Assembly: GCA_018396535.1 (NCBI GenBank)
Contig: JAGTQC010000004.1
Span: forward strand, 1 to 64,000
Direction: 5' to 3'
Source: Candidatus Bathyarchaeota archaeon
Lineage (GTDB): Archaea > Thermoproteota > CALKCG01 > B24 > DRYS01
DNA length: 64,000 nucleotides
A model generated the notes under the pieces. It was not told where the DNA came from. It was given only the letters and a program-made list of their open reading frames with translations, and made no database searches. A program made the position numbers and the translations under genes. Positions within the stretch are counted from its first letter, which is position 1, and each line of letters begins with the position of its first letter. Below, in pieces: positions 9,758 to 18,649 of the stretch.

Positions 9758-10513
9758 ATGTTGAAGATCGGGTTATTTAAATTCTCATCGTGTTCAGGTT
9801 GCCAGCTGTCGTTTCTAAGGCTTAACGAGAAACTGTTAGATCTAGTAGATAAGCTGGATATAGCCTACTGGGTTATGGTTAGCGATAACGATGTAGAAGA
9901 TTCATACGATGTAGCTTTCGTAGAAGGCTCTATATCGACGCCTGAAGATATATACTCCATAAAGGATGTGAGAGCTAGATCTAAAGTGTTGATAGCTTTC
10001 GGGGCGTGCGCTTCGTTCGGAGGTTTAAACAGCATTAGGAACTATATGGTTCAGAAGGATGTGGAGAAGATAGTGTATGGTAGTAGCGGAGCTCTATCGG
10101 TTAAATCCATCATATCATACCCTATAGACTTCTACGTAGATGTGGATATATATCTCGGTGGATGCCCCCCATCCCTAAGCGATATATTAGAGGTTATCAA
10201 AGCCTCTATACTAGGCTTTAAACCTAGGCTTCCAGATTACCCTGTCTGCGTCGAGTGTAAGCTAAGCGAGAATGAGTGTCTACTTGTAAACGGGGAACCC
10301 TGTATGGGGCCTATCATCAGAGCTGGATGCGGAGCTCTATGCCCCTCTCTAGGTAGAACCTGTGAGGGATGCTACGGGCCTCAGGCTGATCCAAACCCTA
10401 ACTCGCTAGCAGATAAGTTTAGAGAGATAGGGCTATCAGAAGACGAGATTCTATGCAGACTCCGTAAATATGCAGGTATGCATAGAGATTTCAGAGGAAT
10501 AGCTAAGCTTTAG
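9758..10513 (+). CDS. hydD: Sulfhydrogenase delta (small) subunit
   Basis: KFSSCSGC, VEGS, GACA, GCPP, VCVEC, CMGPIIRAGCGALC, CEGCYG. Confidence 0.88.
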   Translation: MLKIGLFKFSSCSGCQLSFLRLNEKLLDLVDKLDIAYWVMVSDNDVEDSYDVAFVEGSISTPEDIYSIKDVRARSKVLIAFGACASFGGLNSIRNYMVQKDVEKIVYGSSGALSVKSIISYPIDFYVDVDIYLGGCPPSLSDILEVIKASILGFKPRLPDYPVCVECKLSENECLLVNGEPCMGPIIRAGCGALCPSLGRTCEGCYGPQADPNPNSLADKFREIGLSEDEILCRLRKYAGMHRDFRGIAKL

Positions 10514-10649
10514 CATCGGTATTGAAGCTGACTATATATAACGATGACTTCATGCGATCGACCTCCTATAAGGTTGCTCTAGCTAAATCCCGCATACGAT
10601 AGCCCGCTACGTTCTTAGTGGTATACGATTAGAGGATATACGTAGAGTA

Positions 10650-10669
10650 GATGTATCGATCGATACATC
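10650..10669. repeat. Perfect 20-bp palindrome GATGTATCGATCGATACATC
   Basis: Self-complementary; lies in the spacer between hydD and the sulfhydrylase gene. Confidence 0.6.
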
Positions 10670-10750
10670 CATCATCCTGTATCTACATTGGTTTATTGCG
10701 TGTATAACGTAAAACTTTTATCCGCCATGTTACCTCTCCATAACGGTGTT

Positions 10751-12070
10751 ATGGGAAGGGTTGAGTTAACACCTATAGACGAGGTTAAGCAGCCGGTAGC
10801 GGTAGATATTAGACACGCAGTACCCATCTATTCAGAATTGCTGAGAAAAGGCGTCATAGAGAAACCTATAATAGTGGAGGAGGAATCTGGAGTCGCCCTC
10901 TCGGATTTCGATCTACTGGAAGCGTTGAATCTTCTAGGCGTAGATATGGCTCCGACTATAGCTTTAGATAGAAGCGAATTTGAGATATCATCCACTTGCG
11001 GTAGACCTATCAGCTTAGAAGATATAGTGAACGCCGGTACAGGAGGATCTAAGCTAGGATATGGAAGCTTTCAGGTGAAGCTACGTTTCCATGAACCATC
11101 GATAAGTGTAGATCTAGATTCCCTCGGATTCTTCAACGAGTATAAGCGTAGAAGTAACCTTAGAGTCTACAACGATACTTTAGAATTGCTATATAAAGGT
11201 TGGCCTACCCCTCTAGTTAGACTAAAATCTTTCTCATCGAATGATAGGATCGTATTAGCTAAGCTTGAAGGGTTTAACCCTTTCAGTAACAGCGTTAAGG
11301 ATAGGATAGGATGGGCTATGATCATGGAGGCGTTGGGTAGAGGGATCTTAAGAGAGATTTTATATGAAGCTACATCGACTAATACCGGTATAGCTTTAGC
11401 ATCTATAGGCAATATACTGGGGTTGAGGAGCAGGTTCTTCATACCAAAGACTGTTCAGAGGGTTAGCGATGCATATCTGAAGATTCTCGGCGCAGAAGTT
11501 GAGAGGGTGCCAGTAAATCTGACGGTGGAAGCGATCTCAGAAGTTGAATCTAAAGCTAGGATGGATGGCGCTACCCATCTGAATCAGTTCGAGAACGATG
11601 CTAACCTTAAAGTTCACTTAAAGTATACAGCCAAAGAGATAGATCTTCAACTCAGAGAGTTTGGGGTTAAACCTGATTGTATCATAGGTGGACTGGGAAC
11701 CTCGGGTCATATGAGCGCCATCTCCCTATACTTTAGAAGCAAGTATAACGGCGGTGTGAAGATCGTCGGGGTTCAACCTGCTCAAGATGAAGCTATACCG
11801 GGTATCCGGAGGGTGGAGACTGGTATGAAGTGGGTGCATTGGTTTGAATTCGATCGTATAGTCGATGTGAGGCGTAGCGAAGCGGTGGAAGGCTGTATAG
11901 AGGTCGCTAGGAGGGAGGGCTTACTGATAGGGTTAAGCTCTGGAGCAGTCTTCCAAGCATTCAAGAAGATAGCAAAAGAGAGCGGGGTATACGTGCTAGT
12001 ATTCCCGGATACGGGTTACAAGTATGGAGAGCAGTTCGAAGAATATATCAGGATATATGGAAAACTTTGA
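10751..12070 (+). CDS. O-phosphoserine sulfhydrylase / cysteine synthase (PLP) with N-terminal ParB/SerK-like domain
   Basis: PTPLVRL, KLEGFNPFSNSVKDR (PLP Lys), EATSTNTG, NQFENDAN, GLGTSGH, IPGIRRVETG, FPDTGYKY, as in Aeropyrum pernix OPSS; about 125 extra N-terminal aa. Start set at MGRVEL (ORF track start 10688). Confidence 0.85.
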   Translation: MGRVELTPIDEVKQPVAVDIRHAVPIYSELLRKGVIEKPIIVEEESGVALSDFDLLEALNLLGVDMAPTIALDRSEFEISSTCGRPISLEDIVNAGTGGSKLGYGSFQVKLRFHEPSISVDLDSLGFFNEYKRRSNLRVYNDTLELLYKGWPTPLVRLKSFSSNDRIVLAKLEGFNPFSNSVKDRIGWAMIMEALGRGILREILYEATSTNTGIALASIGNILGLRSRFFIPKTVQRVSDAYLKILGAEVERVPVNLTVEAISEVESKARMDGATHLNQFENDANLKVHLKYTAKEIDLQLREFGVKPDCIIGGLGTSGHMSAISLYFRSKYNGGVKIVGVQPAQDEAIPGIRRVETGMKWVHWFEFDRIVDVRRSEAVEGCIEVARREGLLIGLSSGAVFQAFKKIAKESGVYVLVFPDTGYKYGEQFEEYIRIYGKL

Positions 12071-12492
12071 CAGCTATATAGAAGCTATGACGGTGTAGCG
12101 GGGGCTCCATGTAGAATATCCATTTAGATTATTATAGAAAGCCTTATGCATCCTCCTACATAGCCTTCAAAGTTAAACTATCCACTTCCATATACCTGTT
12201 TCCTATACCGTTAGATATTTATGCAGGTATAGGGGTCTAGTCCTGATAACAGAACGCTGATCCTCCTACTAGATAGAGGCTACTCTAAGGTGACGTAGTT
12301 TTCAACTTCGCTACCAGCTATCGATTATAACGGTGTTTACTAGGGGTTGGCTTAGATATCGTTTAAAGCGATCTATACTCATCTGAAGTATCCGATCCTA
12401 TACTTTGGATGTATAGATTCTTCGTGTATACATGTGTCTCCATAACGATACCCCTATCTATAAGCTTCATATTCTTCATCGAAGGATGGATG

Positions 12493-13590
12493 TTAAGCTT
12501 CTGAGGAGCTCTCCCTACGGGTTATAAGCCTTGAGATGTGGAAAGCTGTTAATCTGAAGAGGTAGCCTACTGCTAGATCGTATAGCATAGATATCAGTCC
12601 TACCGATACTACTAGTATAAGCTTAGATCCTTTAAGCTCTAGGATGGATTTACACGATTCTATGGATGTAAAGAGTATCATAGCTCCTACGACGGCTAGA
12701 GAGTATTCAGCGAATACTCCTATGAGGGGTCTAGCGAATAGTAATATTAACGCTAGTTCGAATATACCCTCCATCACCATCGCCCCTCCGGTTAGCTCTG
12801 AAGAAATATTGGAAGGTAAACCCTCCGGCTCCATGACACATCTGTACTCCCACGATCAACGATGAGAAAATGTTGAGTACACCTATATTCAAAGCTAGCT
12901 CCATCCCCTTCAGCCTCGTTTACAGCGAGGCATGTAGCTAAAACTGCGTTGGAGAGTGTTAACACTATCTGAGAGGATATAACCTTCAATACCCCTAACG
13001 TGATATCGGATACCGGTAGGAGATGTATGGTTGGAGGTTGGAAGCCTATACCGAGCTTCAAGCTTTCGTTAGCTATCTAGGAGTTTAACACTGAGATAAC
13101 GCCTAAACGGAAAACGGCTAATGCAGACGATATAATCTTCACCTTGGATAGGATGGTTATCAACGCTATACAGGATAGAGCTAGCGTTATATTGGATACT
13201 ATCGCGTTTAACGATTTCTTTACGAGGATTAATGCAAGCCCGAATCATACGCCCCGTATCACTAGCATAGGGGGTTATACGTGCTAGAGGATCGATTAAA
13301 CCCGGTAAGCCTAGTGTAAACCATACTAAACCTGTTATCAAACCGGATAGGTATACGTACTACGGCTCCCATCCCTCAGATAAAGCTGCTGTAGCTATAG
13401 CTTTCTTAGGTTCGACTGAGAGTGGGAGCCTATGTATTAAGCCTAAAAGCTATATTCGTTACACCCATAGCTAGAAATATGCTTGTAGGGTTAAGCTTCA
13501 ATACGACCATATACCCTACTATGAGCGAGTTTACCTGAAAACTCCCTTATACTGAACTCTAACCTCTTTACTCTAGCCGTATAGACGACG
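12493..13590 (-). pseudogene. Decayed MOT1-type putative sulfate/molybdate transporter
   Basis: Fragments in shifting frames give LEFSIREFSG / VGYMVVLKLNP / LPLSVEPKKAIA / QIVLTLSNAVLAT / MCHGAGG..QYFF..TGGAM, matching MOT1 motifs (PxxVxPMK, QxPLTxxN, PxCHGAGG). Several frameshifts, stops and deletions; the 5' boundary is approximate. Confidence 0.75.
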
Positions 13591-13709
13591 CTCCTCTAGC
13601 TATCCAGCTTCGGTTATAAGCTACTTCTATAGCAGGTATAGTATCTTATATTACGTAGCCTTAATGCCTACGGTTTACGGTGGATACATCGTATAACACG
13701 TTTGTCGAT

Positions 13710-14927
13710 CTAAGCAAGGTGAAATAGTATGCATGAGCTTAGGAATAGTATCCCCGCTATCGTGAATAGATGGTCGAAGCCGTATTGCGTTACGATATAT
13801 CCACCTATAGCCATACCAGCTATACTTCCGATCCTAGTTAAGCATGCGTATAGCCCCATCCACCCCTCAGGTATCATCTCCATCCTCACTACTCTGCTAG
13901 ATAGAGCGAATAGAGTATAGAAGATACCCACCACCATCAATATGATCGTATCTACGATCACAGCTGCTATGTATGGTAGGTAGCCGCACGGTATGAGTGT
14001 AAGTATGAGGATAGCTCTGATGAAAGCAGATAGTCTAAGACTTCTATAGCTTCCATAGTACTCGTATACATCCTTGAACAGTATATATCCCGCTATAGAT
14101 CCGATCTCGTTTAGTAGTAGTATAGTGAAAGCTATACTCTGCGGTATACCTAAAACTCTACACAGGTATATCGCGATGAAGGTGAATATAGCATCCGTAG
14201 CCATAGTGAAGGTTAACGCACCTATACCGAAGAATAGTATACTTCTAGATGGATCAACCCCAATCCTAGGGTAGGCTAACCTCGCTATACGCTCTCCATA
14301 TAGATCTTGAGATACTAGTATCATCGATAACTTCTCCACGCTACCTATACATCTTTCGAGACGTACCATCTTCCTCTCAACCATGATCATAGGATCCTCT
14401 ACGAATATTAGCGATGCTAAAGCTGATGATAACGCTAAGAACCCGCATAGATATACTACCTGTACATGCTCATAGAATGATAGTACTAGAGCCCCCATAG
14501 CTAACCCTAATAGATCCCCTATCTCAGATACGATACCGTAAGATCTAGATTCATCACACCACTCATCCCTACTACTCCCCTCCGCTATAAGTATATCCTC
14601 GACTGGTGGTATAGCCGATCCGAAGAATCCGATAAGTAGGCATAGAGCTACTAGATCGAGTAAGCCTCCAACCCTTGTGAAAAGTATTAGGAGGATGGAG
14701 TATACGATTATCGATGATACAGTTATAAACCTGCATCTCCTAGTCCTATCAGCTAGATAACCCCAGATGAATGATCCCGGGATATAAGCTAGCCATACCG
14801 ATGCTGCAACCACCCCTACATCTACCGAATCCCTACCTAGAGTATACGCTACATATAGCGGTAGAAGGTTGGTAAATAGGGTAGAAGCTATCTTACGAGG
14901 TAGTAGAGCGATATACCATACCCTCAT
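13710..14927 (-). CDS. MFS transporter
   Basis: About 12 hydrophobic segments; motif A GYLADRTRR. Confidence 0.85.
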   Translation of the reverse strand: MRVWYIALLPRKIASTLFTNLLPLYVAYTLGRDSVDVGVVAASVWLAYIPGSFIWGYLADRTRRCRFITVSSIIVYSILLILFTRVGGLLDLVALCLLIGFFGSAIPPVEDILIAEGSSRDEWCDESRSYGIVSEIGDLLGLAMGALVLSFYEHVQVVYLCGFLALSSALASLIFVEDPMIMVERKMVRLERCIGSVEKLSMILVSQDLYGERIARLAYPRIGVDPSRSILFFGIGALTFTMATDAIFTFIAIYLCRVLGIPQSIAFTILLLNEIGSIAGYILFKDVYEYYGSYRSLRLSAFIRAILILTLIPCGYLPYIAAVIVDTIILMVVGIFYTLFALSSRVVRMEMIPEGWMGLYACLTRIGSIAGMAIGGYIVTQYGFDHLFTIAGILFLSSCILFHLA

Positions 14928-15074
14928 TACATACTCAAGCGGTATTAGCGGGTTTAAAACTAGATTTATAACGATTTAACACTATAGGGATGATAAACTC
15001 TGATAAGATGATGTACGATCGATAGATCTACTATAGTATACCTAAATCATAAACTAAACCTGCTACACACCTCT

Positions 15075-15536
15075 CTACAACGATACTCTAAGATCCTCCT
15101 TAACCCTTGTCAAACATATATGGGTTATAGTCCTATCTACATGAGGCATAGCTAGTATCCTCTTTACGAAAGCGCTAAGCTCCCTCCTATTCCTAAACCT
15201 AGCTATTATGATAGCATCAGTCTCACCGGTTATATCGTAGACACAGATAACCGATGGATTAGAAGCTATCTCCTTCTCAACCTCTACAAGATATCCTCTA
15301 GATACCACGACCTCTATTATCGCTGTTATATCGTAGCCTACAAGTTCAGGATTAACTATAGCTGTATAACCCTCTATAACACCCTCCTCCTCCAACGCTT
15401 TAACCCTAGATATAACCGCCGTAGTCGATAACCCAACCTTCTTAGCTAGCTCCCTATAGGATATCCTAGCATCCCTCTGCAGCTCCCTCAATATCCTAAT
15501 ATCGTATTCATCTAGCTTCACAACACCCATACACAT
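15075..15536 (-). CDS. Lrp/AsnC family transcriptional regulator
   Basis: LDEYDIRILRELQRDARISYRELAKKVGLS HTH, GVIEGY, YDITGETD. Confidence 0.92.
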   Translation of the reverse strand: MCMGVVKLDEYDIRILRELQRDARISYRELAKKVGLSTTAVISRVKALEEEGVIEGYTAIVNPELVGYDITAIIEVVVSRGYLVEVEKEIASNPSVICVYDITGETDAIIIARFRNRRELSAFVKRILAMPHVDRTITHICLTRVKEDLRVSL

Positions 15537-15640
15537 ACACCTGGATAGATAATCTAGGTACTGCTAGATTCTACTCAGAATAATTTAAGCTATTTAACAC
15601 TAATACCACCTATAGATCGCTGATAAGGTTTGAGTCGTAG

Positions 15641-16561
15641 GTGGAGTACATGCCCGATATATGGGATTCGATAATCATCGGAGCAGGTCCAGCTGGGCTA
15701 ACTGCCGGTATATACCTATCTAGACTTGGATTCAAGGTTTTAATACTAGACGCTGGTAAAGCTGGTGGAAGACTCAGATCAGCTGGATTGATAGAGAACT
15801 ACCCAGGATTCCCTGAAGGTATAGAAGGCTCCACCCTAGCTGATAGATTCGTAGAGCATGCACGTAGATTCAAAGCCGATATCAGAGAGTATGAGGAGGT
15901 AACAGCTCTACAACTAGATACATCACCCAAGATCATAGCTACTCGTAGAGGTAGCATATACCAGGGCTACACGATCATACTAGCTATAGGTGCTCCTAGA
16001 AGAACCTATAGTATAGATGGTGAGGAAAGGCTGCTAGGTAGAGGAGTATCATACTGTGCCGTATGCGATGGGCCATTATACTATGGTAGAGATGTAGCTA
16101 TACTAGGCTCAGGTATAGAAGCTATAGAAGATGCACAGCTCCTATCAAGGTTTGCTAGCAGAGTCTATATCCTAGCATCTAAACCTAGCCGCGAATTAAG
16201 GGAGGCGAAGTTTCAAGATAACGTCAAGGTATACGAAGACGTAGAGGTGGAGGGTATAATAGGCGGGGATAGGGTTGAATCAGTAAGGTTCAGGTATATG
16301 GATAGGGTTATAGATCTACCAGTATCCGCTGTATTCATAGCTCTAGGAGTTCTACCACCATCCAAACTTCTAAGATCCACATCTATCGAGCTAACCCCTG
16401 AAGGATTCATAAAGGTGGATTCTAAGTGTAATACGAGGGTTGAAGGTGTATACGCAGCTGGGGATTGCGTAGGCTTAGGATTCCAGATCGCTATAGCTGT
16501 AGGTCAAGCAGCTACAGCCGCGCTATCCGCTCTAGAATATCTAAGGAAGCTAAAGGGTTAG
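15641..16561 (+). CDS. trxB: Thioredoxin-disulfide reductase
   Basis: GAGPAG, IENYPGF, GVSYCAVCDG, VYAAGD. Confidence 0.88.
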   Translation: MEYMPDIWDSIIIGAGPAGLTAGIYLSRLGFKVLILDAGKAGGRLRSAGLIENYPGFPEGIEGSTLADRFVEHARRFKADIREYEEVTALQLDTSPKIIATRRGSIYQGYTIILAIGAPRRTYSIDGEERLLGRGVSYCAVCDGPLYYGRDVAILGSGIEAIEDAQLLSRFASRVYILASKPSRELREAKFQDNVKVYEDVEVEGIIGGDRVESVRFRYMDRVIDLPVSAVFIALGVLPPSKLLRSTSIELTPEGFIKVDSKCNTRVEGVYAAGDCVGLGFQIAIAVGQAATAALSALEYLRKLKG

Positions 16562-16597
16562 GTAACGTTTAAGTTATGCATAACGTTTGATATCCTA

Positions 16598-16667
16598 TGA
16601 GCGGCTCTGATGATTCAGAGTTATAGGGTACCCCCTATGCCCTTAAGGCATTAGGCTGAGCCGCTCA
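16598..16667 (+). ncRNA. Candidate box C/D (K-turn) small RNA
   Basis: 8-bp terminal stem TGAGCGGC/GCCGCTCA, 3-nt bulge, box C TGATGA (16608-16613), box D CTGA (16656-16659). TTTAAG about 25-30 nt upstream and TTTTT right after. Confidence 0.6.
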
Positions 16668-16707
16668 CCCTTTTTAGGTATAAAGGTAAGTTTTATCTCC
16701 CTAGCAT

Positions 16708-17874
16708 ATGGTAGAGCTAGTCGAGGGACCCCGTATGTTCAACGTTAAATGTGGTATAGTTGGATGTGGTGTAGTAGCGCATAACAAGTATATACCCGCT
16801 GTTAAGAAGTATGCTATACTAGAAGCTGTATGCGATATACGGGAGGAGAGAGCACGTAGGACTGCTGAAGTTTGGCATATCAGATCCTACTATACAGATT
16901 TCACCGATATGCTTGAGAAGGCGGATATCGATGCTGTACTCATACTAACAGGTATGGATATACATGCAGATCAAGTCGTAGAAGCAGCTAGGATGGGTAA
17001 GCATATACTGGTACAGAAGCCTCTAGCTACAAAGCTGGATAAGCTTAGAGAAGCGGTTGAAGCAGTCGAGAAAGCTAGAGTTAAAGTTCTAGTAGAGCCT
17101 AACGTACAGCTCAACCCGATATACTTGAAAGCTTCGAATATAGTAGAGGGTATAGGCTCCCCATACTGGTTTAGAGCAGGATTCGGCCGTCATCCACCTA
17201 GCTGGGGTGAACATACATTCTTCTCGAAGGAGGGGGGAGGACCCCTATTCGATCTAGCTGTATACGAAGTCTCGCTTCTAACATTCATCCTAGGCCCGGC
17301 TAAGAGTGTTACAGCTATAGGTAGGATATCGGTGCCGGAATTGGATCTAGTAGAAGACGATTATCTAAACCATCATCTACCCGAATCCGTATCGAAAAGT
17401 GTATGGGAGATTATAGCATCAGCTCCTAGAACGCGTAGGATAAGAGTCGAAGTAGAGGATAACGTTATGATCCTAATGGAGATGGTTAACGGAGCTATAG
17501 GTGTAGTAGTATCGAACTATGTAACTCCGAGAGAATTCGCCCGTCCACCTAGAGTCGAAGTATACGGGTCTACAGGCTTCCTAGATATACCCGTCCACTC
17601 GAGTCGTAACCCCGTTATATCTGGAGCGGTAAAGATTGGTGGTACGGTGGAGACTATATCAATCGATGGAGCTAGCCTAGGCTTAGTAGAGCATAACGGA
17701 TGGTTCTCATGGGATTACTACGAAGCATCTGTTAAACATCTACTAGAATGTATAGTCACCGATAGGGAACCCCTACCAAGTATACGTTGGGGTGCACATG
17801 TAAGTGAGATATTGATAAGATCCCTCGATTCGATGAGATCAGGTAGATCTATGGATATATCCTACAGATTCTAG
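16708..17874 (+). CDS. Gfo/Idh/MocA family oxidoreductase
   Basis: GIVGCG Rossmann motif, GKHILVQKPLA, GGGPLFDLAVY. Confidence 0.88.
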   Translation: MVELVEGPRMFNVKCGIVGCGVVAHNKYIPAVKKYAILEAVCDIREERARRTAEVWHIRSYYTDFTDMLEKADIDAVLILTGMDIHADQVVEAARMGKHILVQKPLATKLDKLREAVEAVEKARVKVLVEPNVQLNPIYLKASNIVEGIGSPYWFRAGFGRHPPSWGEHTFFSKEGGGPLFDLAVYEVSLLTFILGPAKSVTAIGRISVPELDLVEDDYLNHHLPESVSKSVWEIIASAPRTRRIRVEVEDNVMILMEMVNGAIGVVVSNYVTPREFARPPRVEVYGSTGFLDIPVHSSRNPVISGAVKIGGTVETISIDGASLGLVEHNGWFSWDYYEASVKHLLECIVTDREPLPSIRWGAHVSEILIRSLDSMRSGRSMDISYRF

Positions 17875-17909
17875 GATGGTGTCAAGCTATCGATCCACCA
17901 TCTAGATCT

Positions 17910-18230
17910 ATGAGAGGATTCTACGCTATACTATGGCTCACAACTATATGCATATCATCAATCGTACCTGTAGATAGCGGCGAGATCGGTGAGCTACTAG
18001 ATATAGGACATATAATCGTATACATAGTTCAGACTATACTATGGGCTTGGTACTTCGATTTCGAATACACTTTCATACCGGTATCCATAGCATCTACGCC
18101 GGTAACAGAGCTTCTACAACTCGCAACGCCATGGAGGAATCCATGCCTGATAGATATACTGAACAATATGCTAGGCGTATGCATAGGTATCATACTAGTC
18201 TACGCTATAACCCTCCATCACGGATCTTAA
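17910..18230 (+). CDS. VanZ-like small membrane protein
   Basis: DIGHIIVY...TELLQ...PWR...DILNN.LG pattern, hydrophobic. Confidence 0.7.
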   Translation: MRGFYAILWLTTICISSIVPVDSGEIGELLDIGHIIVYIVQTILWAWYFDFEYTFIPVSIASTPVTELLQLATPWRNPCLIDILNNMLGVCIGIILVYAITLHHGS

Positions 18231-18649
18231 AGTATCTCTATAAACCCTCTATCACCATCAACCCTTACCCTACATCCATCCCTAACTAAGGTGAATATAT
18301 CCCGCTCAGGCTTATCTACCACGGGTAGTCTACCACCATAGAATACCTCTATCGATAGAGGCCCAGATAAGAGTATAAAATCTGTCTTAAGATTAACTAT
18401 AGCTGCCGGAGCCTTCCCCCTCCTATAAGCTTCGACTATCACACCACCACTACCAGTAGACCCCCTACCATAGGGGAAGATCAATACCTTACCAGCTATA
18501 CATCTACCATACCACTCGTGATGCACATCTACAACCATACCCGTATAAGGGTCTAGCTCACCCCAGAAGCCGAAGGGCTGCTTCGAAACTAGAGCCTCAC
18601 CTAAAGCTACACCGCTAGTTAATCTCCTACACCTAATCCTAACACTCAT
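18227..18649 (-). CDS. Aconitase X small (swivel) subunit, DUF126
   Basis: GEALVS..PFGFWGELDP.TG, GKVLIFPYGRGSTG, APAAI. Confidence 0.88.
   Translation of the reverse strand: MSVRIRCRRLTSGVALGEALVSKQPFGFWGELDPYTGMVVDVHHEWYGRCIAGKVLIFPYGRGSTGSGGVIVEAYRRGKAPAAIVNLKTDFILLSGPLSIEVFYGGRLPVVDKPERDIFTLVRDGCRVRVDGDRGFIEIL

Noticed and set aside
10509-10620. Formal hydA pseudogene call from FSIGIEADYI and a later PAYDSP fragment
   Set aside because: Too short, with no diagnostic Cys motifs or start codon; kept only as a weak hint.
12493-13341. ORFs 12493..12834, 12792..13061 and 13069..13341 as separate genes
   Set aside because: They are consecutive fragments of one frameshifted MOT1-type transporter.
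14981-15037. ACTATAG...CTATAGT inverted repeat enclosing GGATGA, CTGA and ATGATG words (possible C/D RNA)
   Set aside because: The first guide would be only about 6 nt and there is no terminal D box; such words are common in this composition.
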